From positions 45,984 to 109,983 of the forward strand of contig JAGASR010000002.1 in assembly GCA_017621705.1 (NCBI GenBank): DNA of 64,000 bases, in the 5' to 3' direction. This document shows, one piece after another, positions 27,567-37,904 of this stretch. The position numbers and the translations under genes are program-made. Source of the stretch: Clostridia bacterium. Its GTDB lineage: Bacteria; Bacillota; Clostridia; Oscillospirales; UBA644. How positions within the stretch are numbered: position 1 is the first letter of the stretch; each line of letters opens with the position of its first letter. The notes under the pieces are model-generated. The model had not been told where the DNA came from and made no database searches. It saw only the letters and a program-made list of their open reading frames with translations.

Positions 27567-29213
27567 TTATTTTTCCGAAAGTTTTTTGTTGACGGTCTCT
27601 CTGAGTCCGAGAAGCCATCTGTCATCGTGAGGAAAACTTTCAAACCGTATTTCTTCCGAAAGACCACTGTCGATCAGTTCGAGAACTTTTTCTCTGCCGA
27701 TCTTGTTTTCGAGAGCGTAAAGTGCTCTCATATCCTGCAATGCATCGTAAAATACTTCAAGACGGAGCGAACATACCGGTTCGCCGCCGTTGCCGGGGTA
27801 GACGACAAATCCGTCACCCGACGGGAATGCTTCTCTCGCATCCGTAACAGAGTACGGATCGATCTTTTCAAGGGAATACTGCGAGTTCCAGAAATTGTAT
27901 CCCCAATGCAGGAATCCTTTTATGTTGAATTTATATAACTGAACGCCCAGAACTCGGTTTCTTAACGACGGCATCGCAAGAAATCTGTTTGCCGTACCTT
28001 TATACTGACCGCAGCAATAGTAGCACCAGAGATCGGGCACGTTGTTATCAAGAAAAGTCTGCGCATGGTTCGTCGAAACGACGGGAGTTTTTACTGCGCC
28101 CTTTGCATAAAATTCATAGGAAGAGAGCGCATCCATGACATGAAAATCGTCGCCGATGCTCTTGAAAAGAAGCTCTGCCGCCTTCTTGTATCTGGGCAGA
28201 TGATCTCCCCACGGTTCGTCCGAAATATGGAAATATACCTTATCGCACATTTCTTCCTTTTTGAAGAAATCGACAAGTGCCGGATATAACTGCGAAAGGA
28301 AATTTACGTATTCCTCGCCGTAGGCATCTGTTTCCCATCCGAAAATACGCTTATACTCTCCGTTTTCCGTTGCCATTATCTTCGGGGCATTTGTTGCTCC
28401 CCATTGAGTATAGAGAGGCGCGAGCTCAAAGTATTCGATGCCGTTCTCTCTTGCAACTTCGATCCATTTTTTCAGCTTTGTGAGATCAAAAGCATATTTA
28501 TCGCCGTTTTTTTCGACTTCGACGAGCTGAACGGTCGTTCTTTCTCCTCCGACCGCCGTATCAAGCGCAGGAGTAAATATCGGGGTGAGGAGCATATTCA
28601 TGCCGTGGTCTGATGCCGTTTTTATGAATTTACCGATGATTTCCCAATGTTCGGGCGAAAAAGTCGGGACGTTGTATCTGTCGCAAAGGCAGTCCGTATG
28701 GAACCAGTTCGTGTAGATAAGTTCCTGCGGTGCGAGGACTGCGTCAACTATTCGGAGCTCAAAAACCGTTTCCGCAAAAATCTCTTCGCCTGCACGGAGC
28801 CGTATTTTTATATGATGAAGCGCAGGCATTTCGCCTGTTGTGTCAACCGTTACCCAAAGAGTAGAAACTCTGTTTCCCGTCACAGCAAAACCGTTCGGTG
28901 TTATCGGTTCGAGAACGTCGGGAAAAAGCCCGGGCTTGTCCGAAATTACGTAGTCGTCGTGATCGTCGTAGCACGGAAGCATCGAGGGAACATACGCCAC
29001 AGCGCGAGCCGTAACGTTATTCAGAGTCGAAATAATATCGACGTTCAATCTGTATCTTCCTGTTTCGGGCAGGGTGTATGCGATCTGAAAATTGAATTTC
29101 TCGTTTTTCGTCGCCGTCGCTTCGTTATATTCGGGCAACGAATCAAACGAAGTATCGAGCATTACTTTTTCGAGTGATGATATGCATTTGGAAATGATTT
29201 TCATGATGATCAC
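27567..29213 (-). CDS. DUF4091-like putative glycoside hydrolase
   Basis: 548 aa. The layout (N-terminal beta domain, then ...LIYTNWFHTDCL..., then a TIM-like region) resembles DUF4091/GH123-related proteins from memory. No signal peptide. Confidence 0.45.
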   Translation of the reverse strand: MIIMKIISKCISSLEKVMLDTSFDSLPEYNEATATKNEKFNFQIAYTLPETGRYRLNVDIISTLNNVTARAVAYVPSMLPCYDDHDDYVISDKPGLFPDVLEPITPNGFAVTGNRVSTLWVTVDTTGEMPALHHIKIRLRAGEEIFAETVFELRIVDAVLAPQELIYTNWFHTDCLCDRYNVPTFSPEHWEIIGKFIKTASDHGMNMLLTPIFTPALDTAVGGERTTVQLVEVEKNGDKYAFDLTKLKKWIEVARENGIEYFELAPLYTQWGATNAPKIMATENGEYKRIFGWETDAYGEEYVNFLSQLYPALVDFFKKEEMCDKVYFHISDEPWGDHLPRYKKAAELLFKSIGDDFHVMDALSSYEFYAKGAVKTPVVSTNHAQTFLDNNVPDLWCYYCCGQYKGTANRFLAMPSLRNRVLGVQLYKFNIKGFLHWGYNFWNSQYSLEKIDPYSVTDAREAFPSGDGFVVYPGNGGEPVCSLRLEVFYDALQDMRALYALENKIGREKVLELIDSGLSEEIRFESFPHDDRWLLGLRETVNKKLSEK

Positions 29214-29222
29214 CGACTTTTC

Positions 29223-30038
29223 TTAAATTTTCTTTTTATAGATATTGATGACGAACTCCGTCACCGTTTTTGCCGACGGCAGAGCCATGACCTCTTCCAA
29301 TTTGTCTTTCGGTGTGCGGTAAAAATAGGGGGTCATGCAAAGCAGGTCGCAGAGGCTTTTATTATCGAGCATTATTTCTTTCGAGATCTTCTTCGTCGAA
29401 ACAAGCTCAAATATATCCGAAACGCTCGGGTCTTCGTCGTTTTCTCTCGTTTTTTCATAGAGAAGTTCTTTTATCCCCATCAGATGATCCTTGCCGGGAA
29501 AAACATGGACAAATATCCCGTCGTCTTTTAAAATTCTGAAAAATTCGCTGTCGCATACGGGCGCGAAGATGTGCGTTAAAATATCGACCGATCCGTCAGC
29601 AAAAGGAATTGATGAAATATTCGCCGCAAAAAATACGGAGCCTTCGGCTTCTTTCGCCGCATACCGTACAGCTCTTTTCGATAGGTCAAACCCGTAAAAA
29701 TCCGCTTCGGAAAACGATTTCGCAAGTTTATTCGTAAAATAACCTTCGCCGCAGCACGCATCGAGCACCGTCGAACCGTTTTTAATATACGGTAAAAGCT
29801 CTTCATAAAGCTCCTGCGGTAAATGATCGTAATGACCGCATCCGAGGAAATTTTTTCTCGCCGTCACCATTTTCGGATCGTCGCCCGAGGTCGCAGACCC
29901 GTTAAGTATAAGATTAACGCTGCCCTCTTTTGCTCTGTCGAACGAATGTCTTTTCGGGCAGACCGCAGTCTTTTCCGTAAAAGTCAGCGCTTCTCCGCAA
30001 ACGGGGCATAAAAGTGCGTTTTTCATATGATTCACCAT
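29223..30038 (-). CDS. rlmA: 23S rRNA (guanine-N1)-methyltransferase RlmA-like
   Basis: Zinc ribbon LLCPVCGEAL...CPKRHSFDRAKEGSVNLI followed by a SAM-MTase motif (VLDACCGEGYF). An alternative start at 30026 is possible. Confidence 0.75.
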   Translation of the reverse strand: MVNHMKNALLCPVCGEALTFTEKTAVCPKRHSFDRAKEGSVNLILNGSATSGDDPKMVTARKNFLGCGHYDHLPQELYEELLPYIKNGSTVLDACCGEGYFTNKLAKSFSEADFYGFDLSKRAVRYAAKEAEGSVFFAANISSIPFADGSVDILTHIFAPVCDSEFFRILKDDGIFVHVFPGKDHLMGIKELLYEKTRENDEDPSVSDIFELVSTKKISKEIMLDNKSLCDLLCMTPYFYRTPKDKLEEVMALPSAKTVTEFVINIYKKKI

Positions 30039-30059
30039 ATATTCGTGAATATCTTCACG

Positions 30060-31019
30060 CTATCTTCTCAGTTTTTTGAGTTCACGGACATCGACATCCG
30101 CAAAGATCGGGGTGAGAAATTCGTTGAGAAGTCTCGAAACGATTCTTTCGTGATATGCGCCCGAAAGCTCGGAGGGGCGGTAGTTTGTGCTGATTATCAT
30201 CGGCTTTCCGCTGTTAAGCCTTGAATTTACGACGTTATATATGACCGATTCCGCAAACTGCGAGCTGAATTCCGAGCCGAGGTCGTCGATTATCAGAAGA
30301 TCCGCATCGTAATACCTGCGTGTGTCGATCGTCTTATCTCCCTTGCCGAATTTTTCGGCTTCAAACTCGGAGATCATATCCTGCGCCGAAACGTAGCAGA
30401 CGTAATTTCCCTGCTCTGCGAGCGCAATTCCTATAGCGCAGGAAAGATAAGTCTTTCCCGAACCGCTTCTTCCCATGAAGAGAAGATTTTCTTTATTTGA
30501 TTTGAAATTTTTAACGTATCTTTTCGCGTAGCCGAGCGTAAGCTCCATTTTCTCTTTGTCTACGGGGTTTTTATAATACGAAAGATCGAAGTTCGCAAAC
30601 GTTTTTTCTCTGTATGCCGCCGAAAGATTCGAAATTTCGAGCATCTGCTTTGAAAGTTCGCGCTTGAAACATTCGCAGTTGCCCTCTTCTGTGTAGCCGA
30701 CGTCCTTGCATTTTTCGCAGTAGAATCTGCGTTCATGCGCATTCTGCGGAAGCCCTGCTTTTATAAGGATCTCGGAACGTTCTTTCTGCAGATCGAGGCT
30801 TCTTTTTCTGAATTCGTTAAACGCATCCTCACTCTTGTTTCCGCTGAAAGCAAAAACGGCAAATTTCGAGATATTGTCTTTCAGTGCGTCTTCGATCTGA
30901 CGCAGTCTCGGTATCTGCTGATACAGTTTTTCGACTCGCTGCGCTTCCGCATCCCTGTTTTTTGCAACCTTTTCTTTGAGTGCCGCATCCGCTTTTGCAA
31001 AACAGTCGCCTCTATTCAT
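30060..31019 (-). CDS. DnaC/DnaI-like helicase loader ATPase
   Basis: Walker A GRSGSGKTYL and Walker B LLIIDDLGSE, with an N-terminal Cys cluster (CEKCKDVGY...CECF). Overlaps the upstream DnaD-domain gene by 8 nt. Confidence 0.75.
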   Translation of the reverse strand: MNRGDCFAKADAALKEKVAKNRDAEAQRVEKLYQQIPRLRQIEDALKDNISKFAVFAFSGNKSEDAFNEFRKRSLDLQKERSEILIKAGLPQNAHERRFYCEKCKDVGYTEEGNCECFKRELSKQMLEISNLSAAYREKTFANFDLSYYKNPVDKEKMELTLGYAKRYVKNFKSNKENLLFMGRSGSGKTYLSCAIGIALAEQGNYVCYVSAQDMISEFEAEKFGKGDKTIDTRRYYDADLLIIDDLGSEFSSQFAESVIYNVVNSRLNSGKPMIISTNYRPSELSGAYHERIVSRLLNEFLTPIFADVDVRELKKLRR

Positions 31020-31962
31020 CGTCTTCGCTCACCGCCTTTTTCATGATCTCCCATGTCTTGTCGACGGTCTTTTCGGCATCGGGCGCCGCCGTCGGCTCGT
31101 ATTTTTTCGCTCTCGACGGTTTCTTTGCCGCAGGTTTCTGCGCCGCCGCTTCTTCGGGCGTATTTATCCCCGAAGCTTTCCAGGAGTGTAAAATTTTATC
31201 TATGTATTGGTATTTATAAGAGCCGATGCTCTTTATCATGCTTTCGTATGCCGCGGAGATCATTTCGTCACCGTAGCCGAGCTCCGTTCTCCATGCGATG
31301 AAAACTTTCTTTTCTTCTTCGCCCAGCGCTCTGTTCGCAACGCCCAGAAGTCTCGCGGTCTTCATTGCGCTTTCCGCTTTTTCTTTTTCGGCGCTTATGA
31401 ATTCCTCTGCCTTTTCAAAGCTGTCGATTCCTCCGTCTGCCCACATTACAGCAGTCTTTTCTATCTGACGCATAGACTTTTTGCCTGTGTCCGAGCAATA
31501 CTGTAAAAGCAGCGCCGCAACTTCGGGCGGAAGCCCCATCCAGTCAACGATCGAAAGAATCGTGTATGCGTCGGAAGTCGAAAGCGGACGGGAAAGGAGA
31601 GATTCCGTTCTCTCGTAAAGAAAACGTATCGCGCCGTCTCTGTCAATTCTCGATGCGACTTCTTCTGCGGAATAGGGGTGGATATCCGAGGTTTTCAGCT
31701 GCGGACGTGTCAGCATATATTTCTGCTGTGATCTGAATAATACGCCGCGCTCGACCCAGTAGTCGAATGCCGCCTCAAGATTTTCGTTTTCGATGCCCGT
31801 AGCGTTGCAGATATCGTCCCTCGTGAATGATTGAGATGAATTTCTCAAAAGGAAAAGTATCAGTCTCAGCGCATCTTCGGGCGCTTTTAAATAATTGTCG
31901 GCTATCTCGTTCGGAACGGCGAACGACGGCCTGTTTTCGAATATTACGGTCTGTCCCGCCAT
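31012..31962 (-). CDS. DnaD-domain replication initiation / membrane attachment protein
   Basis: 316 aa. The pairing with a DnaC-like ATPase and the region ...YTILSIVDWMGLPPEVAALLLQYC... are typical of DnaD/DnaB(Bsu) C-terminal domain proteins. Confidence 0.6.
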   Translation of the reverse strand: MAGQTVIFENRPSFAVPNEIADNYLKAPEDALRLILFLLRNSSQSFTRDDICNATGIENENLEAAFDYWVERGVLFRSQQKYMLTRPQLKTSDIHPYSAEEVASRIDRDGAIRFLYERTESLLSRPLSTSDAYTILSIVDWMGLPPEVAALLLQYCSDTGKKSMRQIEKTAVMWADGGIDSFEKAEEFISAEKEKAESAMKTARLLGVANRALGEEEKKVFIAWRTELGYGDEMISAAYESMIKSIGSYKYQYIDKILHSWKASGINTPEEAAAQKPAAKKPSRAKKYEPTAAPDAEKTVDKTWEIMKKAVSEDDE

Positions 31963-32163
31963 TTCTTTTTCCAGCCTTCTTTTAAAATATACTATACTAA
32001 AAAATATCCTATCTATTATTATAACAGAACACCGCCGTCAAGTCAATAGCCGATGAAAAATTTTGTCGAACCGATTTTTATATAAAGTTCTGTTTTTTAT
32101 CCTTGACATCGCACTTTTTACGTGGTATCATCTATCTGTAATCAATCAAAGAGGTGCTCTGTA

Positions 32164-32634
32164 ATGCAATATCCCGTATTTTTGAAAAGAAAACGCCTCG
32201 GCACGGTCATTTTCAACGCTCTCATGCTTGCCGTTTCCGTTGCTGCCGCCGTTTATAATATCGTATCGAACGGCGATTATTGGGTCTTCGTCGTCGCATC
32301 CGTACTTTTTCTTCTTACTCTTGTTTTTAATATTTTTCTTGCGACGGAAAAGACTTTCGCCGTATATTCCGATAAAATCGTAAGCCTTTCTCACTTTCTT
32401 CCGAAATTCGAGATAAAAGCCGAGGAGCTCGCAGGGGTGGTGTATGCCTCCGAAGCGAAAGACGTCCTCAAAATAAACTACAATACAGATGAGTTCGATC
32501 TCGAAAAGATTTCCGGCGGAAACGCCGCTTTCGCAGAGCTCGGCGAGGGTATGTGGTCTGCGTATATCTCAAAAAAGGATGTCGACCGTCCTCTTTCCGA
32601 AGTAAAATATATCATCGAAAGCATAAAAAAATGA
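32164..32634 (+). CDS. Hypothetical membrane protein (2 TM + soluble domain)
   Basis: Start at ATG 32164 with an AAGAGG SD. Promoter TTGACA-17-TATCAT lies just upstream. No family recognised. Confidence 0.5.
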   Translation: MQYPVFLKRKRLGTVIFNALMLAVSVAAAVYNIVSNGDYWVFVVASVLFLLTLVFNIFLATEKTFAVYSDKIVSLSHFLPKFEIKAEELAGVVYASEAKDVLKINYNTDEFDLEKISGGNAAFAELGEGMWSAYISKKDVDRPLSEVKYIIESIKK

Positions 32635-32748
32635 TTTTGACGGAACTTTTTTACCGCCAATACAGTCTTACCTGTCATAGATAACCGTTTTTGAGGGAAA
32701 ATACGGTTCTTTTGCCGTTAAATGTCGATTAAATTTCCCTTTGCGATA

Positions 32749-32777
32749 TTGACAAAGCCCGAAAAAAATGTTATTAT
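32749..32777 (+). promoter_or_regulatory. Promoter of the Big_2 lipoprotein gene (TTGACA-17-TGtTATTAT)
   Basis: TTGACA at 32749-32754, a 17-nt spacer, and TATTAT at 32772-32777. Confidence 0.6.
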
Positions 32778-32868
32778 ATAATATATGCATATTTTTTTTG
32801 TGCAAACAGGATATGATCCAAAAAACACAAGAACAAAATCAAGTTTAAAATTTGAAAGGTGGTTAATT

Positions 32869-35800
32869 ATGAAACTCAGATTTCATAAACTCACAGCATT
32901 GATCCTTGTTCTCGCAATGATGGTACCTTTCCTTGCAGCTTGTAAGGAAGAACCCGTCAATCTCCAGGAGATCTATAAATTCTCCGAGACTGCCGTTACT
33001 CTTAATGCGGGCGAGAACTATGCTCTCCTTGTCTATGATGATACATACAGCGACAGGGCTTATACCGCAACCTGGACTTCGGACAACCCCGCAGTTGTCT
33101 CCGTTGAACAGAGTGGCTTCATCACCGCTCTCAACGCAGGTTCCGCTACCGTTACCGCAACGCTCTTTTTCGCGGAAGAAGATCAGACCGTTACCCTTAA
33201 CTGCTCTGTAACCGTTCTTCAGACTACCGTTGCAGTTACAGGTATCTCCCTTAACGCTATGGAACAGACTCTCGATGTAGGCGGCGTTACCGTTCTTACT
33301 CCGACCGTTCTTCCTGCAGATGCTACCAATAAGGCTGTAAGCTGGACTTCTTCCAACCCTGCAGTCGCAATCGTTTCCTCCGGTGTTATCACCGCTGTGG
33401 GCGAAGGTACTGCTATCATTTCCGCTATCACCGAAGACGGCGCTAAACAGGCTGACTGTGTCGTTACCGTCCTCGCTCCCGTTGATACTTTCGAAAGCCT
33501 TACTCTTAACAAGACTTCCGCAAGCGTAACCGTCGGCAAGACTCTTTCTCTTACCGCTACCGTTAAGCCTCAGGGCGTTGCTGCTGACATTATCTGGACT
33601 TCCGGCGACGAATCCATCGCTACCGTTGTCAACGGCACCATCACCGGCGTAAGCGCAGGTACCACTACCATCACCGCAACTCTTAACGATAAAGTTACCA
33701 ACAAAGTTGCAACCTGCAAAGTTACCGTTAAATCCGCTTCCTCCGGCACCACTTCTTCCGGCAACTCCGGCAACAGCAGCTCCGGCAACAGCGGTTCTAC
33801 CAGTACTTCCACAACCGTCAAGGCTACCAGCGTTAAATTTGACGTTCAGTCTATTACTGTTTACGTTGGTCAGAAAGGTCCCTGGAAATTCAACCCGACC
33901 GTAACTCCGTCCAACACCACCGAAAAAGGCAAATGGACTTCCAACAATCCCTCCGTTGCAGCAGTTGACTCCAACGGTAACATCACTATCGGCAATATCG
34001 GCGATTCTTACTTCGAAATGGCAACCATTACCTACACCGTTGGCACCAAATCCGCAAGCGGCGTTGTTGTAGTTATGTCCGAAGCTTCCAATCCCAATCC
34101 CGATTCCGGCTCTACCGGCAACACAGGTACCGGCAACACCGGAACAGGCAACACCGGTACAGGTAATACAGGCACCGGCAATACCGGCAACACCGGCGAT
34201 TCCACCGGCACAGGTTCCGGCAATACCGGTACAGGCTCCGGTTCCACCTCTAACGATGACGGCACCAAGAAGATCACCGACCTCATTCTTGCAGAAGACG
34301 ATATCGATCTTATCGTAGGTCAGGTTTATGCCGTTGAATTCGACGCATATCCCAAGGATGCAGTTGAAACTTATGAATGGACTTCCAGCAACGAATCCGT
34401 TGTTACCGTAACTTCTTCCGGCGTTCTCACCGGTAAAGCTCCCGGCACCGCTAAGATCACCGTCAAAGGTGTAAGATCCGGCATCGTTTCCGAATGTGTC
34501 ATTAAAGTTTCTCATAAGACTGCTGAAGCTATCCTTATCTCCCCCACTTCCGTATCTCTTAATCTCGGTCAGACCGTTCAGCTTACTTATAATCTCACTC
34601 CCGGCGATGCTACAGATACCGTAACATGGTCTTCTCAGTATCCTTCTATCGTTTCTGTTGACCAGAAGGGTAATATCACTGCTCTTCAGAGCGGTATTGT
34701 AGAAATCACCGCAACAACTTCTACAGGTAAGACCGCTAAATGCACCGTAAACTCCGGCATTACCGGTACCGACTTCGGCGGCGCAACCGGTACCCCCACA
34801 GGCAATAAGATCAAAGTCAGCGTTTACGTTGGCGCTACGGGCGACCTCAAGGCAGGTAATGCATATACCGCATACCTCACCTTCTCTCCCTCTCTTACTC
34901 AGGCTCAGCTCTCTACCCTTATGTACGCTATCAACTCCAGCGACTCCAGCGTTGCTAACGTTACAAGACCTACCAACGACTTTACCAAGAACAGCTTCGT
35001 TGTAACTCCCGGTAAAGACGGTTCCGCAAAACTCACGGGTTATGTAAACTCTTCCGACCCCTCTCTCGTATTCGAATTCGAATCCGGTGCGAAGACGGTA
35101 GTTGTTAACTCTCCCGATGCGTCGATCACTTCTCCCATCACCTCCATTACCATGGTTCCCACTACCAAGAACATGTATATCGGTGATAGCGCTACTCTCG
35201 TAGCATCCGTTCTTCCCGTCGGTCATAACGACCAGCTCTCCTGGTCTTCTTCCGACGAAAGCATCGTTAAAGTTGTAGGCAGCGGCCTCTCCGCATATAT
35301 CACCGCAGTTAAGGCAGGTACCGCAACCATCACCTGCAAGTCCAAAGGTAACCTTGTTACAAACGGACGTACCGCAACCTGCACCGTAACCGTAAACGCA
35401 ACCGGCTCTATTGACTCCTCCAGAGGCGTAATCGCTGTTTCTCAGGGCACTCCGTATACTCCGACTCTTACCGACATCGGTATAACCGGTACTCTCGTTT
35501 ACGCTCCTTCCTGGATTCCCGCAAATACTGTTGTCAATAACATTTACGGCAGCACTTCCACAAATCTTGCCGACTATACTCTTTCTATCGACTCTACCGG
35601 TAAGATCTCCGTAGGTGAAAATGTTCCTATCGGTACCGCTATTTCCACAAGCGTAACTTACGTTGAGGCTTCCGCTCCGACCACTCTCGTAAAGAAAGAC
35701 TTTACCGTAATGGTTCTCAGTCCCAAGCCCTCTTCTTCCACCTCCGTTTCCACTGTCAACATTTCTGCTGACGTTGGCGACGCAGGCACCCTTTCCCAGT

Positions 35801-36504
35801 ATTCTTTCACCGGCGCAACCTACGCTTCGAACCAGACCGACGTTATCTCCGTTGATGCCAATACAGGTGCATGGACTGCTCATAAAGCAGGTTCCGCAAC
35901 CGTTTCCATCAAAGTAGATAATATTACTGTTCTCGAAGTTAGATTCACCGTTGACTATAAGGAAATCGAGCATAGAGTTTCCAAGAGCAGTACCTATAAT
36001 ATTTCCACCCTTCTCGGTTCTGCTGTTGTAGGTAATAAGGTTATTTCCGGTATCCCAACCAGCAGCAATACTTCCAAAGCTATTGTTACCGTTGCTCCCA
36101 ACAACAGCGACTTTATCGTAACAACTCTCGATACCAGCGGCAGCGTAAGAATCACTGTTTCGTTCACAGACGGTTCTAAGGCTTATATCAACCTTACTAT
36201 CGGCTCTTCCGGTTCTACCACCACTGCAAATCCGACCCTCTCCGCATCTTCAACCAGCGTCAAAGGCGGCAATGGTGTAGCTCTTACACTTTCCAATTGC
36301 CCGTCCTACTCTACCGTAACCTGGTCTATGACAGACAACACCGGCAAGGCTTCTCTCTCTCAGAACAGCACGATCTCTGACCTTAACAATAAGGCCTCTG
36401 TTGTCCTCAGTACCGGTCCTGTCCTGACTGCTACAACAATCGTTGTTTATGCTAACATCGGCAGCACGACTGTAGCTTCCCTGACGATCACCGTCAACCC
36501 GTAA
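32869..36504 (+). CDS. Large surface lipoprotein with many Big_2 (bacterial Ig-like group 2) domains
   Basis: Start at ATG 32869 with a GAAAGGTGG SD. Lipobox ...MVPFLAAC. Repeated modules of the form VTGISL...LPADATNKAVSWTSSNPAVA...G.ITA...G.A.I.A recur along the whole length. Low-complexity S/G/T/N linkers are present. Confidence 0.85.
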   Translation: MKLRFHKLTALILVLAMMVPFLAACKEEPVNLQEIYKFSETAVTLNAGENYALLVYDDTYSDRAYTATWTSDNPAVVSVEQSGFITALNAGSATVTATLFFAEEDQTVTLNCSVTVLQTTVAVTGISLNAMEQTLDVGGVTVLTPTVLPADATNKAVSWTSSNPAVAIVSSGVITAVGEGTAIISAITEDGAKQADCVVTVLAPVDTFESLTLNKTSASVTVGKTLSLTATVKPQGVAADIIWTSGDESIATVVNGTITGVSAGTTTITATLNDKVTNKVATCKVTVKSASSGTTSSGNSGNSSSGNSGSTSTSTTVKATSVKFDVQSITVYVGQKGPWKFNPTVTPSNTTEKGKWTSNNPSVAAVDSNGNITIGNIGDSYFEMATITYTVGTKSASGVVVVMSEASNPNPDSGSTGNTGTGNTGTGNTGTGNTGTGNTGNTGDSTGTGSGNTGTGSGSTSNDDGTKKITDLILAEDDIDLIVGQVYAVEFDAYPKDAVETYEWTSSNESVVTVTSSGVLTGKAPGTAKITVKGVRSGIVSECVIKVSHKTAEAILISPTSVSLNLGQTVQLTYNLTPGDATDTVTWSSQYPSIVSVDQKGNITALQSGIVEITATTSTGKTAKCTVNSGITGTDFGGATGTPTGNKIKVSVYVGATGDLKAGNAYTAYLTFSPSLTQAQLSTLMYAINSSDSSVANVTRPTNDFTKNSFVVTPGKDGSAKLTGYVNSSDPSLVFEFESGAKTVVVNSPDASITSPITSITMVPTTKNMYIGDSATLVASVLPVGHNDQLSWSSSDESIVKVVGSGLSAYITAVKAGTATITCKSKGNLVTNGRTATCTVTVNATGSIDSSRGVIAVSQGTPYTPTLTDIGITGTLVYAPSWIPANTVVNNIYGSTSTNLADYTLSIDSTGKISVGENVPIGTAISTSVTYVEASAPTTLVKKDFTVMVLSPKPSSSTSVSTVNISADVGDAGTLSQYSFTGATYASNQTDVISVDANTGAWTAHKAGSATVSIKVDNITVLEVRFTVDYKEIEHRVSKSSTYNISTLLGSAVVGNKVISGIPTSSNTSKAIVTVAPNNSDFIVTTLDTSGSVRITVSFTDGSKAYINLTIGSSGSTTTANPTLSASSTSVKGGNGVALTLSNCPSYSTVTWSMTDNTGKASLSQNSTISDLNNKASVVLSTGPVLTATTIVVYANIGSTTVASLTITVNP
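34111..34250 (+). repeat. In-frame 15-nt tandem repeat (GGCAACACCGGTACA-like) encoding (GNTGT)n
   Basis: The peptide reads STGNTGTGNTGTGNTGTGNTGTGNTGNTGDSTGTGSGNTGTGSGS. The DNA units differ at synonymous positions. Confidence 0.85.
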
Positions 36505-36522
36505 GTATTCTTACAAAAACCA

Positions 36523-36555
36523 AGAGCCACGGTTTATCCGTGGCTCTTCTTTTAT
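36523..36555 (+). terminator. Intrinsic terminator of the Big_2 gene
   Basis: AAGAGCCACGG-tttat-CCGTGGCTCTT followed by CTTTTAT. Confidence 0.8.
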
Positions 36556-36564
36556 GTAAAACAA

Positions 36565-36595
36565 AAGACCTTCCGAAGAAGGTCTTTATTTTATC
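36565..36595. terminator. Second hairpin, probable terminator for the convergent U32 gene
   Basis: AAAGACCTTC-cgaa-GAAGGTCTTT with A/T-rich flanks on both sides. Confidence 0.7.
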
Positions 36596-36604
36596 AATGT
36601 TTTG

Positions 36605-37834
36605 TCAGTCGATCTTTTTTCTTCTGATAAACGAATAGGGCGGAACGTAGCCGTCATATTCTATCTCAACAGGCATTTCGGCGTGCGGCGCGGAGAGGAT
36701 AAATTCGCCGTTTTCGTTATACATTTTGCCGATAGTGAATGTCTCGAACGGTCTGCCGGGGGAGAGAATTTCGCACGTTTCACCGACGGAGAACTTGTTT
36801 CTCTGCGAAACTTTAAGTCTTTTATTTACGGGATCGTATCTGTCAACGACTGCAATAAGCTCGTAATCGCGGATGTAGGACGATTCCTTGTAGTTCTGTC
36901 CGTTATGCGGTTTGCCGAAATAGAAACCCTCGTAATATTGGCGGTGGCTGACTTTGCAGACCTCTTCGTAATAAGAATCGAGGTTTTCGGTGTAGCTCAT
37001 AATATCTGTAAAGCAGTCGTCAACGGCTTTTCTGTATGCTGCGGTGACGGATGCAACGTAAAACTCCGTCTTGACTCGACCCTCGATCTTGAAGCTGTCG
37101 ATACCTGCGCGGATAAGCTCGGGAATATGCGTTATCATGCACATGTCGCGCGAGTTCATGATATAAGTTCCCGTGTCGGTCTCGTTTATCGGGAAATATT
37201 CGCCGGGGCGTTTTTCTTCCATAAGCGCGTATTTCCATCTGCAGGGCTGGGCACATTCGCCTCTGTTTGCGCTTCTGCCCGTCATAAAATCGGAAAGAAG
37301 GCATCTGCCTGAGTATGAAACGCACATCGCGCCGTGAACGAACGCCTCAAGTTCGAGATCTTCGGGAATATTTTCTCTGATCCTTGCAATCTCTTCGAGC
37401 GAAACTTCTCTGCCGAGAACGATACGTTTTACTCCCTGCTCGTACCAGAATTTGCATGATTCGGAGTTTACGGTCGATGCCTGTGTCGAGATGTGTATCT
37501 CAAGCCCGGGAGCGTGCTTCTTTACGAGGGAAAGCGTGCCGGGGTCCGTAACGATGACAGCATCCGCGCCCATCTGCTGAACGCTTTTGATGTATTCGGG
37601 GAAAAGTTCGAGCTCATCGTCGTGAGGAACGGCGTTGCATGCAACATAGACTTTTGCGCCTTTTTTGTGCGCAAAATCAATTCCTGCAGCCATTTCCTGC
37701 GGCGGAAAGTTTGCGGAAGCGGTTCGGAGCGAAAAATGCTCGCCGCCGATATAGACAGCGTCCGCACCGTACAAAACGGCATGCATAAGCTTCGAAAGAT
37801 CGCCTGCAGGGGATAATATTTCAGGTTTTTTCAT
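36605..37834 (-). CDS. Peptidase U32 family protein
   Basis: 409 aa. MKKPEILSPAGDLSKLMHAVLYGADAVYIGG...ARIRENIPEDLELEAFVHGAMCVSYSGRCLLS...CAQPCRW is the canonical U32 signature. Confidence 0.85.
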   Translation of the reverse strand: MKKPEILSPAGDLSKLMHAVLYGADAVYIGGEHFSLRTASANFPPQEMAAGIDFAHKKGAKVYVACNAVPHDDELELFPEYIKSVQQMGADAVIVTDPGTLSLVKKHAPGLEIHISTQASTVNSESCKFWYEQGVKRIVLGREVSLEEIARIRENIPEDLELEAFVHGAMCVSYSGRCLLSDFMTGRSANRGECAQPCRWKYALMEEKRPGEYFPINETDTGTYIMNSRDMCMITHIPELIRAGIDSFKIEGRVKTEFYVASVTAAYRKAVDDCFTDIMSYTENLDSYYEEVCKVSHRQYYEGFYFGKPHNGQNYKESSYIRDYELIAVVDRYDPVNKRLKVSQRNKFSVGETCEILSPGRPFETFTIGKMYNENGEFILSAPHAEMPVEIEYDGYVPPYSFIRRKKID

Positions 37835-37904
37835 TTAAATCACCTTAAAATTTATACAGAAGCCGCGCCCGATGACCGAACGCGGCATTTTTTATGCTTG
37901 AAAA

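Noticed and set aside
32863-35973. 1036-aa minus-strand ORF
   Set aside because: Antisense to the Big_2 lipoprotein gene. Its Gly/Cys/Asn-rich translation is an artefact of the repetitive ACC/GGC-rich sense codons.
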